64,000 nucleotides of DNA from NCBI RefSeq assembly GCF_048593235.1, contig NC_133618.1:657398361-657462360 (forward strand), written 5' to 3'. The position numbers and the translations under genes were made by a program. The stretch comes from Sminthopsis crassicaudata. Taxonomy: Eukaryota. The notes beneath the pieces were generated by a model. That model did no database searches. It saw nothing but the letters and a program-made list of their open reading frames with translations, and had not been told where the DNA came from. Shown piece after piece: positions 35,861 to 46,722 of this stretch; within the stretch, counting starts at the first letter, position 1; each line of letters starts with the position of its first letter.

Positions 35861-36401
35861 TCAACACCAGACCACCCTGCTGAGGTCCAAGTATGAGCAG
35901 AGTCCCTCTTTGGGCCTGATTCTGACTAATGGGGCTTGTTGCACTTTAGGTGTCCATGGGAAGTGGGGCCCTCTCCCATCAGCAGTGGGGAGGAGGGTAG
36001 CAAGAGGGGAGGAGCTGGGAGCAGAGCCAAGCATAAGGCGGCACCCTATGCCTCCTTGCGGCTGGGGGGCCCAGTCAGAGTCAGGCCCGAGGGGCTGCCC
36101 CACAGACACCCCCAGTTGCCATGATTACTACAGGTTCCAGTCACCAGCAATGCCCCCCATTGGGGTTCAGGAGCTGACCTCGGGAAACTGGAAGCCTCTT
36201 CTTGGCAGGCCCCGGCTGGTAGATTTAGGTTCACATCGTCCCCCTAACTTCTGGGCTCTTGCCACTGACACCTGATGGCAGGGAATCGGCCCTCCCTGCT
36301 CCCCAGAGTCTGGAGCCTGCCAGTGCTTCCGAGGGCTCTGGCTTTGAGGTCAGGTCCTGAGAAGAAAGGTGTGGGCTCTCGTCCTTTCTTTCCCCCTGTG
36401 C

Positions 36402-36415
36402 CCAGCAGGGGGCAG
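36402..36415 (+). promoter_or_regulatory. CTCF-like core CCAGCAGGGGGCAG in DNAJB12 last intron
   Basis: Motif match only. Confidence 0.4.
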
Positions 36416-36923
36416 GCGAGCAGCAGGGACAGGAGGAGGCAGAGAGAAGGCTTCTGGGAGCCAGGGGTGGGGCGGGGCACCGCACCTGGCACCCAGTGAG
36501 GCCGTTCCAGCATCTTCACCCCTGGCTGTTCCTCTGGGCTGTGGTCAGAGCAAGAGGAACAGAATGTCAGAAGTTCGGGGTCAAATTCAGTGCAGCCGTC
36601 CCGCCCCAGCCTGTGGCCAGCCCTGGGCCTGCCTCTTCCTGCTTTCGAAGGCCTCAGAGGCAGCTCTCAGCCAGAGAGGATGGGCAGCCTCAGAGGGGCT
36701 TCTCTAGGGGCTGGCAGCCCAGCGGCGGGCATCTCCCCTCCCCACAAGCAGCTCCCCAGCAGAAGTAGGCACGGGGTGGCAGCAGCTTAGCTGTGGAGGG
36801 GGAGGGGTGTGTGCGCCCGTGCCCGCGCCTGCCGTACACGCCGGCTCTCAGGAGGGTTACCAGCCTAACACAATTAACCACTTTCATCCTCAGACTATGA
36901 AATACCTGGAGAATTTTCGGTGA

Positions 36924-36933
36924 AGTGCACTGA
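36924..36933 (+). promoter_or_regulatory. miR-148/152 family site (AGTGCACTGA, containing the 8mer TGCACTGA)
   Basis: Exact complement of nt 1-10 of miR-148a (UCAGUGCACU), near the start of the terminal exon. Confidence 0.7.
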
Positions 36934-37026
36934 GCCAAGTGATGGACATTATATTTAAGGAGCGAAAACCTTAAATTAAAGTGGAATTGGAGGAAGAGCA
37001 ATGCACAACTGCCCCCTCTCTCACCC

Positions 37027-37032
37027 AATAAA
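37027..37032 (+). terminator. Proximal DNAJB12 poly(A) signal candidate AATAAA
   Basis: Canonical hexamer 133 nt into the terminal exon. Confidence 0.5.
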
Positions 37033-38789
37033 CACAGAAAGCCCTTAGGACAGGCCTGCCCAGCCCCTGAGCTTCTCTCTTCTTCCCAACACCGACTGAT
37101 CGAGGTTCTGCACTCAGTGCTCGCCTAGGAAACCGCAGCCATGGCAACGAAAGTAGGATTTAAAACTTGCAGCAGATGTGGGGGAGGGGAGGAGGAGGAG
37201 AAGGCGTCTGGGCAGCCCTTCTTCCTCATCTCTCCAGGCTCCTGGACACCTCTCACTGGAAGCCTCCCCATCAGCAGCTGGCTAGGAACAAATTATAGAG
37301 GAGGAGGAGGAGATGGGAAAATATATAGGATTTAATTTATAGTTGTGTGTGTGCGCATGCGTGTATGTGTGTGTGCGGGCCTAGCCGGATCCCCACAGCT
37401 AGGCCGGGATGTAGAGATCTATAACTATGCAGGGATCGGGTTATTTGGCTGATTGCTCTTCCATTGTAGAGACAGGTCTCTCTCTGGGAATCTGCGGGTT
37501 CTCTGAAATCTAGAGGTTAACCATAGCTGACAGCCAGGGAGCTTCTGGTCGCTTGCTTTCCAGTGATTTGATCCCTGGACGAAGGCTTTGGGTTTTGTTT
37601 CTGGTTGGTGATTTCTAAGGGCAGAGATAATCATGACTGAATCAAAATCTCTAGAACACTTGGTTTGAGGCTGCAGGGCTTCAGACTGTGCTGGAAGGAA
37701 GGAGGGAGAAAAACGGTCCATTTACCAGGTCGGTTGTGAGCCCAGCTTCCTCCCAAAGATCTGGCTCCCCATCCTGAGCGCATCAGTATTTAAATTTGAT
37801 GGAGACCCAACAAGCCCGCTGGGATGATGGGCGATCAGTGTCCCTGCCCCAACCTTGAACTTAACTCCCACGCTGCACCTCAGGGGTCCCCCTTCCCAAC
37901 TTAGCTTTGCACCACAGAAGCGCAGTCGGGCAACCCCATCCAGGGGCGACTGTACTAACTGGAGCCCAGTAGGGAAACCTGGCCAAGTTTGGAATGCACT
38001 TACAGAGAGGGAAGCTGGGCTGTCCCTCGCCTCCTCTTCCTCCCACCGTACCTCTCAGTGGCTGAGTGGGCTGCCACCTCAGAGGTGCCCTCAGCACGGC
38101 TCCTGGGCAGCCTTGGCCTGGGGACACCTGCGCCCAAGGGGCCTGGACAGAACAGCCAGCCTCTCCCTACCCAGCCGCCCAGGACAGCCTCCAAGCAGAC
38201 CAACCTCACCCAGGATGTCTGACCCACCTGGTCTTTTCTTCCTTCCGCTATGGACTAAAGCGATTCTGCTGAATCAGAATGGTTTTCTTCACTTTATGAA
38301 GGAGGATTTTTCTCAAAACAGCTGTTGCTGCCATGGGGAAGGGGGGAGGTTTTATTTATTCCCAAAGTTTATACCCAGCCTTTTGAAATCAGCCGTGTTG
38401 CCCTGGAATTGGATCTTCCTTTGGCAAAGTGTCACTAAGCCCATGTTACTCCTAAGCCTTACTTCTCTGCTGATCCTCTCCTTGAGTTTGTTTGGCCTTT
38501 TTTTCTTAACTTAAAGAAACTAGGGGGGCAAGGAGGGGGTCCAGAGGGAAATATACCAGCGGTTCTAAACTGAAGACTCTGCACTCACCACCCTCCACCT
38601 GGAGAGATCAGAGGAAGGAAACTCAAGAGCAGCCTCAGGTCTGCAGAATGTACCCACTTACCTAGTGACACAGCCCTCCACCCCCCACCCAGTGATTTCT
38701 GAGTCACTCTCCATGGATGGTAGAAGCTCGGTGCAATAAAGCATAGATCCTGAAGGATAACCACAGAGGCTGAAGTAGAATTATGAAAT

Positions 38790-38846
38790 TGTACATCTAT
38801 AAATAAATGTTTATAATGTGAGAGACCCAAGTGTGTTTTGGTGTGT
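38790..38846 (+). terminator. Distal DNAJB12 poly(A) site: TGTA (38790), AATAAA (38802-38807), GU-rich downstream element (38831-38846); extra AATAAA at 38735-38740
   Basis: Complete canonical arrangement of poly(A) elements. Confidence 0.8.
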
Positions 38847-38949
38847 CCTGAGCTCGAGGGTGACCGAGATAAAAATAACGGTGCACCTCACCCAGTTGTA
38901 AAGAAAAGTACTTTGTGAGCCTGAGAAAGCGGAAGATTTGGGGGGGCAA

Positions 38950-41150
38950 GGAGCTAGATGGACAAGGCCCTTGTCATGCCCCTGGACAGCTGCACCTGAG
39001 ATGTGTATCCGGGTGCCCGCAGCTGGGGGACAAAACGCCTCCGAATCAGAGGGGGATCTTTGGAGGGTGTGGTGGTCACAGCGCCCCCATCCCATTGAGG
39101 TCCCCTCCCGAAGCGCACCCCCAACCCTGCACACACGGCTGTCGTGGAACATGGAAGCGCTAAGTGCTCCGAGGCTGACATAGCGGGAGCCTCCGCTCTG
39201 TCCAGCCCGCCGTTCCTGCCGGCCCCGCAGATCTGACCACCCACGTTCTCTGGGGCCGTTTCCGCCCTGCCGGGGAGTAGGAGCATGTTTTCGAAGGGAA
39301 AGTCCGAGGAGCTAAAGGGGGAGCAATCGGGAAGGGCCGGGCACAAGCCAGCCCAGAACCCTCGCACGTGGAGCGGGCCGGGCCTCGTCTGCCCCAGCAT
39401 GCGCACTGCAGGGGCACCGGGGCGGTTCCACTAGGCTGAGGGCGCCCCCGACGGAGCGGACTCCTCGAAGCAGCTCCACCATCCGGGCCCGCGGGGCCCC
39501 CTCGGGGATGGGGCCTGTCAGGGCACGGCCGCAAAAGCTCCCCGGGGTCCCTAACCCCGCGCTGCGGAGCCAGGCCCCCCGGGGCGCTGCGGACGCCCAT
39601 CGGCCCTTGTCCGGAAAAGCCGCGGGCTCCGGCCTTCATTTCTCGACAGAAGGCATCGGTCACCGCTCCTACCCCTCCGTTTCCTCCCCCCTCCGCGCGC
39701 TCTGCGGGGGCTCGAGGGCCAGCCCCGGGGGGGAGGGGCACCCGTCTTCGGGATTTCTTCCCCAGTCTCGGGGCCCGGGGGACGCCCCGGAGCTCTCGCC
39801 CCGCCCCCCGCGGCCGGCTCCGCCGCTTTCCCAAAGCAACTAATGTTGCAACCTGAGCCGGGGATTCGGGGAACAGGGCTGCGCAAAGTCTGCCCCGGCT
39901 CCCGGAGACCCGGCCGGCGCGCCCCCGAGAGGCCCCGCCCCGCGCGCGCGCTGCCCAAAGACACGCCGGAGCAGCGATCGGGCCACCGCCAGGGCCGGCT
40001 CCCATTGGCCAGCCCCTCTCCAGGCCCCGCCCCTCACTCCTGGGCACAGCCACAGGTCCGCGGGAGGGGGCGGGGAGGGATCCGGTCTTGTTGCCGGGGG
40101 AAGGTGGCAGGGACCTCTTTCCCTGGGCAACAGCCCTTCCCCCACCCCCGGTGCACAGCCCCAAGTCCCGACGGGGACAGGAAGAGGTGAGAGCCCGGGG
40201 AAAGGGGCCAGCGCCCCTCCCCCTCCCGGCCTCAGGCACATCCTCGGGTGGGGGTGGGGGTGACCGGAGGAGGTGGGAGAGGGCGGGGCTGGGCCAGGGT
40301 GGCACGGTCCTCTTGGCTCGGTTAACGATCCTCCCCCACTCCTGTGCGTGGTCCGCGCCGGAAGGGGAGAGAGCCCGGGGAAGGCGGCGGGACCCCCTGC
40401 ATCCCATACATAAGCACGAGTGGGGGTGGGGAACAGCATTGGTTCCGGGGCGACGACAGTTCCCTGGGCAGCCGCCCCTCCCCCGCCCTCCGTAGTGGAG
40501 CATTTCTCCCGGTCCCTCCGGCCCCCGGCGCGCAGCGTGGAGGGGGGGCGGCCGGCCCCGCCTGAGGAAGGTGGCCATGGCCTTCGGGTCCCCCCCAAGC
40601 CGTCGCCCGCAAAGAGAAGCCCCATTGCTGGCAAAGGTGGCAGGCCTTCTTCCCCGAGCCCCGCCGCGGGAGCCCGGCTGCGTCCGGCCTGGAGTCGGAG
40701 GGGGCCCAGCACCGGGGCCTGGGCTCGGCCGGCTCCCCTCCCCCACGTCTGCCGGGCGGGGTCACGTCCCCCCAACTGCAGAAATCTGAGTCTGAAATCG
40801 GGGTCCCCCCGGGGCTGAGGAGGCCGCTTTAGGCCCCGAGGCTTCCCAGGAATCTGCCCCCTCTAATCCCATCTCCGGGCCTGGGAATCCCGGGCCTGAG
40901 AAGTGGGGCGCCCCTCCCCCCGGGCCGGCCGTCGGCCCAGGCCTCTGTCCCCGGCTTTACGATCTGGGCTCCGTGCCCGGGCGTCTGGGGCCAGGTGTAC
41001 CGGAAAGTAACTCCACACTTAGGTCAGCGCTGCTTTTACATGACGTCACCGTGGCTGGCAGCTCGGGCACTCCCCCAGTGGCACCATTTGATGCCACCGA
41101 GGGCACAGCTTTCAGCTGATGAGGACATTTCGCAAATCGGGAAACTGAGG
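38950..41150. promoter_or_regulatory. Orphan CpG island immediately downstream of DNAJB12
   Basis: About 2.2 kb of very high GC and CpG. Contains CACGTG (39365-39370), ATTGG (40004-40008), GC box (40067-40075), CRE (41041-41048) and a C/EBP-like site (41127-41137). No recognisable coding exon. Confidence 0.85.
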
Positions 41151-41694
41151 CACGAGGGAGGGTGGAGTCATAGGAGGGGCTCGGTGAGGTGGAGGAAAGG
41201 GTTATAGGTCAGAGTTTAGGGTGACCTCAGCCCTAACAAAAAAAAAATCCGCCCTCCTGGATCTCCCACCTGGTCCCATAGGTTGGGGGAGGGGGAAGGG
41301 GGCAGAGCTCACACCCAAACTCAGCTCCTCCGCCTCCAGAGCCAGGTGTCGTTCTGCGGAGCCCTTGGCATGATGGGGAAGAGCCAACTTTGAACCAGGC
41401 ATGCCTGGAAAAAAGACCTAGGAGTGAGAACTGCCTCTGACACAACCCCAAGGCCAGGGGTGGCGTCTCCTCAGTTTCCCCATCGGTGAAATGGGGTAAT
41501 GCTTGTTTCCCACCTTAACGGACTCCAGTAACGATTATAAAGCGCTCTGGGGACTTTTGGGGGCTATGGAACAGCTGTTATTAGTCTGAGACCTTAGGCA
41601 AGTCTCCTAACCCTTCTGGGCCTGTCCGGTGAAAGGGGAAACATTCCCTGTGGCCCCAGAGCTGGGGGACCGGGACATGGGGAGGGGACGCCCC

Positions 41695-41810
41695 GTGCGC
41701 AGGTGAGTTGGGGTGAGGGAGGCTGGACAAGGTCACCGGCCTCACTTTCCCTTCCAGAGCCAGCTGGTCCCGGGGCCAGATAAAGATCAGCGTGGCTGGA
41801 GCCGGGCCTC
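41695..41810. mobile_element. WALLSI/RTE-SINE-like fragment
   Basis: gagggaggctggacaaggtcaccggcctcactttcccttccagagccagctggtcc..gccagataaagatcag resembles the remembered marsupial RTE-SINE consensus; related copy at 45530-45720. Confidence 0.55.
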
Positions 41811-44085
41811 GAACTCTGCCCTATGAGGCTTTGGAATCCTAAGAGGGTTCTGAGGTCCTTGGGGGTCTGGTAGAGTGATTAGAACCCCAATAATGGACAG
41901 CGATGAGGAGGTGGTCTCCAAGACCCTTCCCACCTCCAGTGCTCCTGGAGAATCTCCGGGAAATCCGTGGCCTGGCTGTCGTGGACAAGGGGGGAGGGCA
42001 TCCCCCCTGAAGGAGGTCAGAGCCTTGTATTAATTGTTGTTTACAGCTCAAGAAGATCTGTGGGCAGCTGTGCCCGGCCGGCTAATTGCTCTCCCGTATC
42101 TCCCTGGCACACCCAGACAACTTTGGGAAAAGGAACAGAGGGCACAGAGGACAGAACTTTGCAAACAACAATCATAGTCCCAGACAGCTCCCTTTTGCTA
42201 CCCAGTCCCTGCAAAGTAGGACCCCAGAGAATTCTTACACTCTCTTGGCAGAGGGAACCAGGTTTCAGAATGGTGCCGGCTCGGGCCGCCGCTGGCCCAG
42301 GAGCCAGGAGTCTTACCCGGGCGCCAGAGCCAGAGAGTGCTGACAGCCTTCGTAGCCCTTGGCCACTGGTTAGGGACACTGCTGGAGAAGATGGTGGGGC
42401 CTGGCCTTCCTAGGGCCCTTGGGTCCATGGCCCTGGGTCGTTTCTCCGTGGCCAAGGCCACTGGGTGAGCACTTATTGGATCCCTGCCGTATGAGAGCAT
42501 ACTCCTTTAATATCATTGCTCCTGACCTTTCTGAGTAGGAGGTCCCCTTTTCCTAACCGGTTATGAATTCTGGACCCATGTCCAGAAGTCGTCCTGGGGA
42601 GGGGAGGGTCCTGGGAATGTCCTGGTGGGATTGTGACCCCAGGACCAAGGTTTAAACCCAATCCATTCATAGATCCTTAGGGAAGATTACCTTAACGAGG
42701 TAGTATCTGGGGACAGGGGAGAGAAAACCAGGCCTGGGATGCAGCCTGAGTGAAGGCTCAGGGGCAGGAGCAAGAAGGAGATGGAGGTGGAAGATGAAAT
42801 GTCAGACAACAGGTGTCCTAAGGAGGTTAATGGGAAATGTATAATTAGCCTTACCAAGGCTTGAGCAAAACAGAAGCCTATTTCTCCATAAATACCCACT
42901 GGAGAAATGGAAGATGGGTGGTGGGGGGTGGATGGATGGATGACAAAAGACAGAAGAGGGAGGAAGGGGAAAGAGGGAGGGGGATCGGTATACTCTTGTT
43001 CTTTTGTTCTGCAAGCTTCTCCCACCAATCTCACCACCAGCCTCTTGAAAGTCTTTCAAACCCTCCTACATCCTGCCATTTCAGGGTAGATCACTGAGGT
43101 TAGGCTAGCTCTGGGTGGCAAAGGACTCTAGACTGGTAGTACTAGCCCCCCACAGCAGTGCCCCCCACTGGGAACCCAAGCAGACATCAGGTCACTCCCA
43201 AAGGTTTGATCCAGGCTGCTTGAGCTGCTCCAGTCCAGGCAATCTCTGGGCTCACAGCTGGATTCTTCCCCACCCACATCCTTGATTTCTCTCCTGGCCT
43301 AAGCCCAGTCCTCTCTGGCAGAAGCACTTAGAGCCCCAAGGTTGCCCAAGACCAGCCCCACCTTTCCACCTCACCCTCCAAAAAAGTACCTACTGAATTT
43401 TCAAAGGGGAAGTTTGCGATTTCCCTGGGATTTCTGGCTTGAACTTCTAGTCCTAGAGCTCAGCATTTTAATGCATTCACTCATTCATTCAGCTACTGAG
43501 CACCCGCCAAGTAAACGACCCCTTGGAGCAGAAGGCCAGTAATGAAATTCAACCTAACAATTAAGAACCTGATGTAGGGATGCCCAAGGATGGCCTGACC
43601 AAGAGCTGGGCCAAAGTCAGGAGAACTTGAGTCCATTCACCTTCCACACACTGATCTTAGAAGTCACAGGTTCCAAAGGCGTCATTTTACAGAGAAATAG
43701 CCAATAAACCACATGGCTTTACAAGGTCGTGCGACCCACGCACAGATTCAAACTCGTTTTCTTAACTGTAAGCCCAGCACTCCAGGCACCTCCTGGCCCA
43801 ACCCCCCCCCCTAAAATTAAGGGCAGCTGCCTGTCTTGTACCAGTAGAAGGGAGTTTCCTCACCAGGAATTCCCTTATAACAATGACATCAGTGGTCTGG
43901 GGCCCAGTAAATTGCTGTGCTGGACATGCTGAGAGCGTTTTCCAAGCCACAGAAAGTGGCCCATCTGAAAAGACCTGAGTTGGATCTCTCAAGATGCTTA
44001 GTGGCTGTATGGCTGGGGGTATGTCATTTAACCACTCAGCCTTAGTTTCTTCCTCTGGAAAGTTGGGATAACAGCCCCTACTTAC

Positions 44086-44305
44086 AGAGCTGTAGATATA
44101 GTGGATACAGTCCTGGACTGTAAATCCAGCCTCAGACACTTACTAGCTGTGCGACTCTGGGCAAGCCACCCCTACTTGCTTCAGTTCCTCATCTATAAAA
44201 TGGGGACCCCCTAGAAAAGGAAACGGCAAAACCCTCCAGTATCTTTTCCAAGAAAACCCTGTGGGTCCATCCATGGAATCACAGAGTTGGACACTATGGA
44301 TCAGC
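44086..44305 (+). mobile_element. MAR1-type SINE (CORE body plus RTE/BovB-like 3' tail) nested in a MIR
   Basis: CORE (cctcagacacttactagctgtg..tcagttcctcatctataaaatgggg) followed by agaaaaggaaacggcaaaaccctccagtatcttttccaagaaaaccc..tcacagagttggacact. Confidence 0.75.
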
Positions 44306-45529
44306 AGTAACACAGGCCAGAATGAAGATCAAATGAGTTAAGCAGCTAACGAGTTTTTTAGACTTTGAAGGGCAATGTCATGAATTATTGTTGGGCACTA
44401 GGATACAGGGACAAAAGCAAAGCAGACTTTGCCCTCAAGGAGTTTATACTCTACTGTGAGAAACCCAACATATACACATAAATATCAGAGGAATTGGGGT
44501 GTAATGGAGGTGATTAGAGAGGGAGAAAGAAGAGAGGGGAGAAATACAGATAAGGGGGAGAGGAGAAAGGGAAGAGGATTAGGAAAGAAAGAAGAGAAAA
44601 AGGAAAGAGAAAAGAGATGAGGGAAAGCAGGGCAAACAGGAGGTACACAGGAAGAAGGGAAGAAGACAAAACAGAGATCCTAACAAAGTAAAGATGGCCT
44701 TCACTTGGAGGGGCCAGTGCAGGTACCAGGAGAAGGCATCCGTCACCAGACCGGAGTCCTAAGGGAAGATCTGGTCCCGGGCTCCAAAGAGCTGCTGGTC
44801 TCCTGGTGACAGAACGACACCAGTCACAATCAGGATGGCTAAGTTCCAAGAGAGAGGCACAAACCAAGGCTGCCAGCTTCAGGTCTAAGGACAGCAATCA
44901 CTCCAGCAGCAAACATTACCTTTGTGCCTGGCCCCGGGCTCAACAGGAACACAAACCAGGCTCTGCCCTTAAGGACCTTGCAATGCAGGCAGGATCTCGA
45001 GAATCTAACTCTGACTCTGGGAGCCCCATCCCTAATCAGGTGGTGGGGAAGTGGCCCAGAAGAATCGGAGGTGAGCTCACTGTCCACGACTGACAGTGCA
45101 GGCTGGGCTGAGCCCTTTCAGATTCTCAGGTCAGGTCCGGGGCTTGCCTGTACATTTACACAAATAGCCATCCTATTTCCATAGCTTAAAGGAGCCTCTG
45201 AGATCAGCTCATAGGCCCAGAAGCTGAACAAAAGCTCTGGGAGCTGGGAAGGAGTGAGTCCAAAAGGCACTTTGTCCAACCCCCTCTTCTCTAGATCAGT
45301 AACCATTTATTGAGCACCTACTGTGTACCAGGCACTGTACTAAGCAGTATTGAAGCCCAGGGTAAGGTGACTAAGTGAGGTGCATGAGACTCCCGAGCCT
45401 GGGGATCCCTTCACTCTCCTGTGTTGTTCTGGACAGGAAAGGTTCACGACTAGCAATGGCCTTCGTAGCTGTGTAGGACTAGCTCTGGTCAGTTAGGAGA
45501 CTCTGAAGACCAGGAGGACTGTACAATGA

Positions 45530-45720
45530 TGGTGTTTGTCCCTCCTTCCTGAAGAGTGGGATCATGACATCAGGCAGTTGGGTGCCAAGACCTGCAAATG
45601 AATTAGATTTGTGAGGATAAAATGTGCAAAGGGTGTGCCGAGGCCCACTTTTTCCTCCATTTTGGGTTCAGTGGCTACATAGAGATCAGGGTGACCAGTA
45701 GCCCTGGAGAAGACGAATAA
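45530..45720. mobile_element. WALLSI/RTE-SINE-like fragment
   Basis: tttgtccctccttcctgaagagtgggatcatgacatcagg..gcaaatgaattagatttgtgagg..gggttcagtggctacatagagatcagg. Confidence 0.55.
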
Positions 45721-46589
45721 CCTGCAGCTGCTGAGACTGAAAGAATGAGTGAATGGACGAACAATTGAGTGAATGAATTGCTGTGCAAGTGTTTACTATA
45801 TATTTATGACCACTGTTCCTTTCTGACCCGGGCCAGCTCATCCCTCCATGCACAGCCTGGCAACACAAACTCCCAGAGTTTCACGTTGTTGATGCCAGAT
45901 TTAATGGGCTCACCCCATCATTCTGCTTTGCCCCCTGCAGCTAGAGCTCCTAAACACCAGCGGTCCCCTCCACCTTCCCTACAGTGGAGATGACCACCAT
46001 GGACTGATGACCTCCTAGGTTTGGCACACTGAAAATTACCTGCTCTTTTTGCTTTCCCTTTGTTTTCCCATTAGCAAGCAGGTACTTTCTCTCCCTCTAA
46101 CATCCTCTCTTTCCATTTGAAAAGAAATAATAGCAAACATACACAGGCAAGCAAAAGAAGTTCCCACATTAGGCAGGGCCAAAAATGTCAGGACTGTGTG
46201 GTTTTGAGACTTGCCAATGAATGGGGTACCTGCTAGAACAGGCTCCTGGGAGGATCCCAAGTTCCCAAATTAAAGCTGAAAGGAACCCTTGAAATTATAT
46301 AATCCAATCCCTGCGGTTTTTTGTTGTTTAATGGATGAGGGAACAGGAAAGCAGAGATGAAAGGACTCATCCAAGATGACCCAAACAATAAGAACCAAAG
46401 CCTCTGGGCCCAGGTCCCCCCTCCACTTCAGCTCAGGCCCCACTACCCCTGCCCTTGCCCCTCTAGATGGGAAGCCAGAAAGGAAGGCTGCTGGAGGGCT
46501 GAGCCTTGCTCCCCAGAACAGCTTTTTCCTGAGGAAACAGCCTAGAATGGTGAAAAGAACACAGGAGTTCAGGCTTCAAATTATGACTC

Positions 46590-46722
46590 TACACACGCTA
46601 TGTTCACTTTTTTCTGTGTCTTTTTTTTTTTCTTCTTTCTCATGGTTTTCCCCTTTTTCTCAGATTTTTCTCTCCCAACATGATTTATAAAGCAATGTGA
46701 ATTAAAAATAAATTTTAAAAAA
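46590..46722 (+). mobile_element. L1 3'-end short-tail variant (copy 2), inside a MIR
   Basis: gctatgttcactttttt..tctcccaacatgatttataaagcaatgtgaattaaaaataaa. Confidence 0.7.

Larger units (their letters stand above)
36894..38825 (+). other. DNAJB12: DNAJB12 terminal exon 9 (3'UTR; its first 30 nt are coding, TMKYLENFR*, in the alternative-donor isoform)
   Basis: Branch-point-like ctaac/ttaac, pyrimidine tract ctttcatcctcAG at 36881-36893, and downstream poly(A) signals. Confidence 0.8.

Noticed and set aside
37378-37405. 8-bp perfect hairpin GGCCTAGC-N12-GCTAGGCC in the DNAJB12 3'UTR (a similar one at 53257-53277)
   Set aside because: The stems are short, match no IRE/SECIS/pre-miRNA features, and are plausible by chance.
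39160-40746. 528-aa minus-strand ORF (and overlapping 311-, 147- and 137-aa ORFs) in the second CpG island
   Set aside because: Low-complexity G/P/R/A composition with no recognisable domain. Long ORFs in several frames at once are expected in very GC-rich DNA, where stop codons are rare.
41700-41757. CAG|GTGAGT donor plus pyrimidine-tract acceptor defining a 55-nt 'intron'
   Set aside because: It is shorter than typical mammalian introns, and both signals lie within a WALLSI/RTE-SINE-like fragment whose consensus nearly contains them. There is no independent exon evidence.
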